Made by a program: the position numbers and the translations under genes. From an uncultured bacterium (GTDB lineage: Bacteria > Patescibacteriota > Minisyncoccia > UBA6257 > 2-01-FULL-56-20), in NCBI GenBank assembly GCA_963707865.1, contig OY970175.1:300352-364351 (forward strand): a DNA stretch of 64,000 nucleotides, written 5' to 3'. This document shows positions 58,099 to 64,000 of the stretch, in pieces (position 1 is the first letter of the stretch; the number at the start of each line of letters is the position of its first letter). The notes under the pieces were generated by a model. It was not told the origin of the DNA and searched no databases. It saw nothing but the letters and a program-made list of their open reading frames with translations.

Positions 58099-59340
58099 CT
58101 ATTCGTATCGCAACGCTTCAATAGGACTCAATCCTGCCGCGCGACGCGCGGGATAATAGCCAAAAACGATGCCGATGGCAGCAGAAACGCCGAATGCAAG
58201 GATGATAGAGCTCAACGACACGCTGGTCGCGATGGAAGTGAAATGCGTAACCAAGAATGCGATCAGCCATCCAAGAATGATCCCTATTGCCCCACCGACA
58301 AAGGTCAACATGACGGATTCGGCGAGGAACTGGAGTGTAATATCCTTCCGCTTTGCGCCGATCGCCTTGCGAAGGCCGATCTCGCGCGTACGCTCCGTGA
58401 CCGTCGTGAGCATCATGTTCATGATGCCGATACCGCCGACGAGGAGCGAGATGCCCGCAATCGCAGCAAGAAGCGTGGTAAAGGTGCCCGTGACAGACGA
58501 CGCCGCCGCCACGATGTCTGCCTGGTTCAGCACATTAAAATCTGCTAGCGTCGGATCGGAAATATTGTGCCGCTCCAAGAGCAAATTTGTAATATCGTTC
58601 TGCACCTGTGTCATAGACAATTGGTCAACCGCTTCCACGTCTATTTCGGTCACATACGAAGTGCTTCCCAAGAGAAAATGCTGTGCGGTCGTGAGCGGTA
58701 CATAAATCATATTGTCCTGGTTATTGAACCCACTGCCGCCTTTTGAAACCGTGACGCCCACCACCTTGAAATCAATGTTTTTGATGCGGATGGTCTGGCC
58801 AATCGCCATGTCGGGCGTTGCGGTGGCGTTCGCACTGCCAAAGAGATCCTGGAGTACCGTGGGACCAAGCACTGCCACGCGGTTTGAAGCGCTCACATCC
58901 ACATCGGTGATGAACACACCCTGGGCTACTTGGATATTCCGCACCTGCGTATATGCGGGAACGGCGCCAAGGACGCTCGTATTGGTGTTCGTACCTCTGT
59001 AGAGCGCCTGATACCGCCCACTCACTTCGGGCGAAACCGCTGCGACGCCCGAAAGCTGTCCGATAGTGGTTGCATCGTCCGGCGTAAGCGTCTCCGCGCT
59101 CCCCCGCCCCGCACTCACCGTGGACCCAATGGACCGCTGCGTGCCGGGCATGACAAGCAGCAAATTGGAACCGATAGATTGGATGCTTGATTGGATGGAG
59201 CTCTGCGCTCCCTGTCCGATTGCCTGCAAGGCGATCACGGACGCAATGCCGATCACGATGCCGAGCATCGTAAGCCCCGATCGCACTTTGTTTACGGTCA
59301 CGGCGCTATAGGTTTCTTCAAAGAGGTCTTGAGTGGTCAT
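58099..59340 (-). CDS. ABC transporter permease, MacB/FtsX family
   Basis: N-terminal TM, large periplasmic domain, C-terminal FtsX 3-TM bundle (GIMNMMLTTVTERTREIGLRKAIGA). Confidence 0.85.
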   Translation of the reverse strand: MTTQDLFEETYSAVTVNKVRSGLTMLGIVIGIASVIALQAIGQGAQSSIQSSIQSIGSNLLLVMPGTQRSIGSTVSAGRGSAETLTPDDATTIGQLSGVAAVSPEVSGRYQALYRGTNTNTSVLGAVPAYTQVRNIQVAQGVFITDVDVSASNRVAVLGPTVLQDLFGSANATATPDMAIGQTIRIKNIDFKVVGVTVSKGGSGFNNQDNMIYVPLTTAQHFLLGSTSYVTEIDVEAVDQLSMTQVQNDITNLLLERHNISDPTLADFNVLNQADIVAAASSVTGTFTTLLAAIAGISLLVGGIGIMNMMLTTVTERTREIGLRKAIGAKRKDITLQFLAESVMLTFVGGAIGIILGWLIAFLVTHFTSIATSVSLSSIILAFGVSAAIGIVFGYYPARRAAGLSPIEALRYE

Positions 59341-59347
59341 GGCATTG

Positions 59348-60079
59348 TTATTGCAATTCTTTTTCGTGTCGCGCGATAACTTTATGATGATTTTTTTCGT
59401 CGCTTAAAATATTTCCGTCGCGGATATGGATAATCCGGTCCGAATGCTTCGCAATCTCTTCTTCGTGCGTGATCAAGACAATGGTCTTGCCGTGCTGCGT
59501 ATTGAGCGTCTGGAACGTGTACAGTACCATCTCACCGGTTTTGGAATCCAAGTTGCCCGTCGGCTCGTCGGCGAGGATGAGCGCCGGATTGTTCACGAGC
59601 GACCGTGCAACCGCCACGCGCTGCATCATGCCGCCACTGAGCTGGTTCGAATGATACTGCCAAAATTCCTCGGGAAACGCCGAATCGCGGAGTGCTTGTG
59701 CAGCAATCGTTTCCCGTTTTTCCTTGGCAACCCCTTCGTAAATCAGCGGCAGAGAAACGTTGCGCAACACGGTCGTCCTCGGCAAAAGATTGAACGCCTG
59801 GAACACGAACCCTATCTTTTCGCGGCGGATGTCAGCGAGTTCATCATCCGAAAGCTTCGCGATATCTTTGCCGTCTAGAAAGTACTGTCCGCCGGTCGGC
59901 GCGTCCAGCGCACCCAAAATGTGCATAAGCGTTGACTTCCCCGATCCCGACGGTCCCATGATGGCGACAAACTCCCCCTCTCCGATGGAAAACGTAATGC
60001 CTTTCAGAACTTCAGTATCTATGCCACCGGTATGATAGGTCTTCCTGATATCTTTGCATTCAATGATGGTGTCCTTCAT
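59348..60079 (-). CDS. ABC transporter ATP-binding protein (MacB/LolD-type)
   Basis: Walker A GPSGSGKST, signature LSGGMMQRVAVARSL, Walker B ILADEPTGNLD. Confidence 0.9.
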   Translation of the reverse strand: MKDTIIECKDIRKTYHTGGIDTEVLKGITFSIGEGEFVAIMGPSGSGKSTLMHILGALDAPTGGQYFLDGKDIAKLSDDELADIRREKIGFVFQAFNLLPRTTVLRNVSLPLIYEGVAKEKRETIAAQALRDSAFPEEFWQYHSNQLSGGMMQRVAVARSLVNNPALILADEPTGNLDSKTGEMVLYTFQTLNTQHGKTIVLITHEEEIAKHSDRIIHIRDGNILSDEKNHHKVIARHEKELQ

Positions 60080-61935
60080 CTTCCGGTAGTGCCGCCAGCC
60101 GCACCGCCGCCGGTCGTAATGCGGGCACCACCACTGCCGAAACCACCGCCACCGCCAAGAAGGCCGCCGCCAAGGCTACGCAATGCGCTTGTGCCGCCGG
60201 TGGATACCGCCGTAGAAGCGCTGCTTTGTATAGTCTGTACGATAATCTGGTCACCCTCGTTCACACCGGAAGTGATCTCCGTGAGCGTATCGTCGGAAAG
60301 CCCGGTTGTGACCGGCACACGCTTCACCGCGGAGAGTTCAACGCCCCCCGACGCACTCGCCGCAAGCGTTGAAGTGGAAACCGGCGTCGCGGGCTCCGTC
60401 ACATAGCTCGTACTCCCCTGCGTCGTGACCGCCGCATTCGGCACCGCAATGACGTTCTGATGCACCTGTGTCACGATGTCCGCCGTCACACTCATCCCAG
60501 GTCTCACCTGAGTTGTCCCCGATGCCTCTTCAAACGCGACCTGTACATTATAGTTCACGACGCCCTGACTCACCGTTCCCACTGTATCTATTTCCGATAC
60601 CGTGCCCGCAAGCGAAAGGTCGGGAAGCGCGTCGAAGGTAAGCGTCGCTTTGTTGCCGATCGCCACCTTCGCCGCATCCACTTCGTTCAGGGTCACCTCG
60701 GCAAGCTCCCCTTGTGTCACCATGCTGACGGCGGGCGACGGCACGGTTGTCCCCACGACAGAAGACTCTGCCGAGATCACCCCGCCGATCGGCGCGCGGA
60801 CGGAACAATATGCGAGGTTCTGCTCCGCAGTCGCAAGCGAATTTTGCGCGCTCTGGATGCTGATCTGCTGGGAAAGAAGGTTAAGCTGCGTCGGGCCCGC
60901 GACCAATTCCGCAAGCGTCTCGCTCGCCTGCGCAAGCGAAAGCTGGTTGTTCTCAAAAGTATCCTTGTCGTTCGCAATGCCGTTCACAACATTCTGCACG
61001 CTTGAGACGTTGTTGTTGACCGTGGTAATTTCGCTGCCGAAGGTCGTCTGGAATGTGGTCGTGATCGTGGGAAGCGGGGCAAGCCGGCTGTCCTTCGGAT
61101 AATTGTTCACCACGTAGTTCAGGAGATCATTGATCGTCTTCACGCTCGCGCTCACGAGCTGTGTCGTGTTGTAGGTCTCCGAAAACAGCGCGTCAAGCGT
61201 GGTGCGATCCGAATTCCGCGTGGCGGCGTGGTAGTCGGCCAGGTTCTGCTGGTACGCGGCGAGAGCGGCGTTGTAGCTCGGCGCGACCGTATTGCTGTAC
61301 AACTGCGTACTCGGCTGAAGATTGGATGGCATGATACTTACGTACGCGTCGGGATTTTGCTGGCTCTTATTGATATTGTTCCCGTTCACGAAGTTGCCCG
61401 TATCCGTCATAATGCTCTGAAGATTTACAAATACGGACGAGAGTGTGTCAAAGCCGTTCTCATAATCCGAAACAAGCGTTGTAGAGGAATCAAGAACGCT
61501 TTGCTGCCCTTTTATCACTGAACTCTGGTCCTGGAGCAGGGTGGTCGTGGAGATCTGCTGCAGCTGCGCGAGGGAAAGCTGGGCCGACTGGAGCGATAAT
61601 TGCGCTTGGTTCACCGCCTTTTGTTCGTTCGTCGTATCCAGCTGCACGAGGAGCTGCCCCGCCGCCACATGGTCGCCTACTTTGACATACACCTTCGTCA
61701 CGTTTTCGGAAACCTGCGGCTTAATGTCTATGGACGTCACTGCCTGAACCTGCCCACTTCCCGTGACCGAAGCAACGACCGTTCCAGGGGCCGCATTCTC
61801 TATTACATACTTGGTCACGGTCACCGTACCCCGTGAGGAAGAATACCAATAATAACCGCCGCCAACCACAAGAATCACCACGATGGCGGAGATCACCTTA
61901 TGCGCATATATGCGTTCTCGTAATTTCTTGAACAT
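60076..61935 (-). CDS. efflux periplasmic adaptor subunit (MacA/HlyD-like) with Gly-rich C-terminal tail
   Basis: N-terminal TM. Lipoyl hairpin (VYVKVGDHVAAGQLLVQLD). Long coiled coils. C-terminal GGGLLGGGGGFGSGGAR... tail. Overlaps the ATPase gene by 4 nt. Confidence 0.75.
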   Translation of the reverse strand: MFKKLRERIYAHKVISAIVVILVVGGGYYWYSSSRGTVTVTKYVIENAAPGTVVASVTGSGQVQAVTSIDIKPQVSENVTKVYVKVGDHVAAGQLLVQLDTTNEQKAVNQAQLSLQSAQLSLAQLQQISTTTLLQDQSSVIKGQQSVLDSSTTLVSDYENGFDTLSSVFVNLQSIMTDTGNFVNGNNINKSQQNPDAYVSIMPSNLQPSTQLYSNTVAPSYNAALAAYQQNLADYHAATRNSDRTTLDALFSETYNTTQLVSASVKTINDLLNYVVNNYPKDSRLAPLPTITTTFQTTFGSEITTVNNNVSSVQNVVNGIANDKDTFENNQLSLAQASETLAELVAGPTQLNLLSQQISIQSAQNSLATAEQNLAYCSVRAPIGGVISAESSVVGTTVPSPAVSMVTQGELAEVTLNEVDAAKVAIGNKATLTFDALPDLSLAGTVSEIDTVGTVSQGVVNYNVQVAFEEASGTTQVRPGMSVTADIVTQVHQNVIAVPNAAVTTQGSTSYVTEPATPVSTSTLAASASGGVELSAVKRVPVTTGLSDDTLTEITSGVNEGDQIIVQTIQSSASTAVSTGGTSALRSLGGGLLGGGGGFGSGGARITTGGGAAGGTTGR

Positions 61936-61944
61936 GAAACGTGG

Positions 61945-62436
61945 TTAGTTTAGCTGCAGCTGCGATTGTGGCTGCCCATCGGGCGACTGGGGCGGCGGCG
62001 GCACGGGGAGAGAAGACGATGACGCAAAGACGCGGACTAATTGAGCTTCAATTTGTCCGTTTTCGTTCGGCGCGCCGATCACGACCACGCCGTTACCCAC
62101 GCGCACGTCGGACAGCGCAATGGTACGATTGGCTTCCCGAATCACCGTAGCAGGCACGATCAAGACCGAAGATTCATCACCGTCGGCATCCCGTACCGAG
62201 AGCGTAGAGCTTGCCATATCAATCACCTCTCCCGCCACCCCGTGCCCATTCGCCATGCGCCCCGGTGGAAATTCGCCAAAAAAATTGTGGTAGTAATTTT
62301 CGCCGAACCTGCCAACATAGAAGGCCCCGTGATATCCTACGAGTACGCCCGCTCCGAACACGAGGAGTATTACAATGGCCGCTCCTAATATCCAAAGGAT
62401 TGCCCGCGTCTTTGAAGATTGCAAAAGGTCTTTCAT
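61945..62436 (-). CDS. hypothetical secreted protein (paralog of 57619..58056)
   Basis: Signal/TM. Core SVRDADGDESSVLIVPATV...GVVVIGAPNENGQIEAQLVRV aligns with LTVQLPNGNSEIVFYSS...SVMIGGTQNPDGSVTAQTIQVRG. Confidence 0.5.
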   Translation of the reverse strand: MKDLLQSSKTRAILWILGAAIVILLVFGAGVLVGYHGAFYVGRFGENYYHNFFGEFPPGRMANGHGVAGEVIDMASSTLSVRDADGDESSVLIVPATVIREANRTIALSDVRVGNGVVVIGAPNENGQIEAQLVRVFASSSSLPVPPPPQSPDGQPQSQLQLN

Positions 62437-62456
62437 ACTTTTTCAGGTTTGTTCCG

Positions 62457-62885
62457 TTACGACAGCATGGAAAACATGTGCCGCCCTTGCATAGACGCCA
62501 TCTCGTCTATAAAGCGCGCTGCCGACCATACGGCGACAAAAATCCCGGAGAGGAGGACCGCGGCGGAAAACACCGGAAACGACTCCACGGCGGAAAGCAC
62601 AAAGTCGGAGAAGCTTGTAATCACCGTGGAGGAATCGGAGAACAAAAGCGAGGCGAACATCACGAACCCCGACCGTGATGCCTCTTGCACCACATCCACC
62701 GACCCATATACGATGAGCGCAACGGAAGCCGCAAGCAGCGCGCCGGATGCAATGGTTTTTATCATTAGGTGCCGGCGCTCTTCTTTCTCAATTTGAAGCA
62801 AAATCCGCCGCGCCAAGTCGGCGTGGGGCACAACCGCTCCTCCTTCAATGCGTGAAAAAATCTTCTTCATCTGCTCATCACCCAT
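62457..62885 (-). CDS. putative anti-sigma factor (membrane protein downstream of ECF sigma)
   Basis: Short cytoplasmic N-terminus, two TM helices. Position directly after the ECF sigma gene. No diagnostic motif. Confidence 0.4.
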   Translation of the reverse strand: MGDEQMKKIFSRIEGGAVVPHADLARRILLQIEKEERRHLMIKTIASGALLAASVALIVYGSVDVVQEASRSGFVMFASLLFSDSSTVITSFSDFVLSAVESFPVFSAAVLLSGIFVAVWSAARFIDEMASMQGRHMFSMLS

Positions 62886-62929
62886 GGTTATTGTTACGAA
62901 ACAACGGCTCTTTTTGGTGCGTATTGCCT

Positions 62930-63520
62930 CTAGGCGAAACTTGACCCACTAGCGGTAGCGTCTCCCGAGATCACCCGCCGGAGAAGTATGATCCCCCGCC
63001 GGTGTTTGCTTTTTACGGTATCAATGGGTTCCCCCAGCGCTTCCGCGATCTCACGAAACTTAAGGTGATCGTGGTAGCGCATGGCAAGCACCGCCCGGTA
63101 CCCGGGCGGGAGAGCCCCCAGGGCGCGTTCAATATCCGCCGCTACCATCTTGCGTTGAAGCAAGGCGTCGGGAAGCTCCTGCGCGCCGACATACGGAGCT
63201 AAGAGCACGTCAAGCTGGTCATCATCCTCGTTGATCTGCGAGAACAAAAGCGGTTTCTTCTTTTTGATAAGGTCGAGCGCGGCATTCTTTGCGATCGTAA
63301 AAAGCCATGTCTTGAAATTCCTTGTCGTATCAAACCGTTTGAGATTTTTCCACGCGCGCACGAATGTTTCCTGCGTTATATCCTCGGCATCCTCGCCGTG
63401 GCGGAGGTAACGGTAGGCAAACCTATACACCCCGTTCATATGGCGCGCGAGCAATGCGGGGAACGCATCCTTATCCCCGGCGAGAACCGCACGCACAAGC
63501 TCCGCATCTGTTTGCTCCAT
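62930..63520 (-). CDS. RNA polymerase sigma-70 factor, ECF subfamily
   Basis: Region 2 (GVYRFAYRYLRHGEDAEDITQETFVRAW) and region 4 HTH (KFREIAEALGEPIDTVKSKHRRG). Confidence 0.85.
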   Translation of the reverse strand: MEQTDAELVRAVLAGDKDAFPALLARHMNGVYRFAYRYLRHGEDAEDITQETFVRAWKNLKRFDTTRNFKTWLFTIAKNAALDLIKKKKPLLFSQINEDDDQLDVLLAPYVGAQELPDALLQRKMVAADIERALGALPPGYRAVLAMRYHDHLKFREIAEALGEPIDTVKSKHRRGIILLRRVISGDATASGSSFA

Positions 63521-63544
63521 AGTAATAGTATTGGTATCCTGTTC

Positions 63545-63991
63545 CTATTTCTGACTCGCATAAAGCCCGATAAGCTCCGTCTCCGCAAGAAGATGCTTGC
63601 TTATTTCTACTTCAAGTTCCGCCTTGCCGGAAGTATTTGCAAGATCAAGCAGCGCATCCAGCGCGTAAAGATGAAACTCGTAATGGTGCGTTCCCGACGG
63701 CGGGCAGGGACCGACATACCCCGTGCGGTCGGCGTCGTTCCTCCCCTCCACGCTCCCGGGGGGTACGCCGTTCTCCGCAAAGGTCGTCGTCGTAGGAGCA
63801 ATATTCCACACAATCCAATGCATGAACCCACCCGCGACCGGCGCATCCGGGTCGTGCAGGATAAGCGCCAAACTTTTCGCGTCCGCCGGCACCCCTTCAA
63901 TCCGCAACTCCGGACTCGTGCCGCTCCCGTCGCACGTGAACTTCGCGGGAATCATCCCGCCGTTTTTAAATGATGGACTGACAATAGTCAT
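63545..63991 (-). CDS. YbhB/YbcL-family phosphatidylethanolamine-binding protein (PEBP)
   Basis: DPDAP...HWIVWNI...GYVGPCPPSGTHHYEFHLYALD, the PEBP signature. Confidence 0.85.
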   Translation of the reverse strand: MTIVSPSFKNGGMIPAKFTCDGSGTSPELRIEGVPADAKSLALILHDPDAPVAGGFMHWIVWNIAPTTTTFAENGVPPGSVEGRNDADRTGYVGPCPPSGTHHYEFHLYALDALLDLANTSGKAELEVEISKHLLAETELIGLYASQK

Positions 63992-64000
63992 GGTGATCTT

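Overview
This 64-kb window reads as a chromosomal segment from an uncultivated bacterium with about 58% GC. Its gene content suggests a CPR/Patescibacteria-like lineage. That is an inference from a 23S-IVS-type four-helix-bundle protein, a DEDDy exonuclease, many Thr/Ser-rich surface proteins, a dcw-type ftsW-murG pair, free-standing homing endonucleases, and reliance on B12 scavenging. Housekeeping genes are ftsW, murG, murC, gltX, typA, rpmA, rplI, ctpA, thpR/ligT, def-fmt, sodA and uppP, plus a tRNA-Gln(UUG). These are interleaved with an accessory-like block (about 21.6-38 kb) of large secreted proteins carrying cohesin-like modules and one clear dockerin module. Three IS elements are present: an IS200 tnpA with both terminal hairpins, an IS30 element with a frameshifted transposase, and an IS481 element. 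There is a low-GC LAGLIDADG endonuclease gene between two paralogous M23 peptidase genes, and a low-GC island (42.4-44.5 kb) of unknown genes. Efflux/secretion modules are EmrAB-like and MacAB-like, the latter next to an ECF sigma/anti-sigma pair, and a Trx-like/DsbB disulfide pair is also present. The observation I consider most notable is a cobalamin-riboswitch-like leader with an attenuator hairpin, lying directly upstream (minus strand) of an operon encoding two DUF4430 (BtuH-like, B12-binding-type) secreted proteins and a small multi-TM protein. One of the DUF4430 proteins is fused to prenyltransferase-like alpha-toroid repeats and a peptidoglycan-binding domain. This fits a corrinoid-capture system. 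Other items worth a second look are a 584-aa protein built from repeated CxxC zinc-ribbon modules inside the murG-gltX interval, a family of AATTTCTAATG-type inverted-repeat elements bracketing the four-helix-bundle gene, a 145-bp nested palindrome before gltX, and a Cas4/RecB-like plus EEP nuclease pair. All coordinates were derived by hand from the provided ORF track and sequence; no database searches were run.
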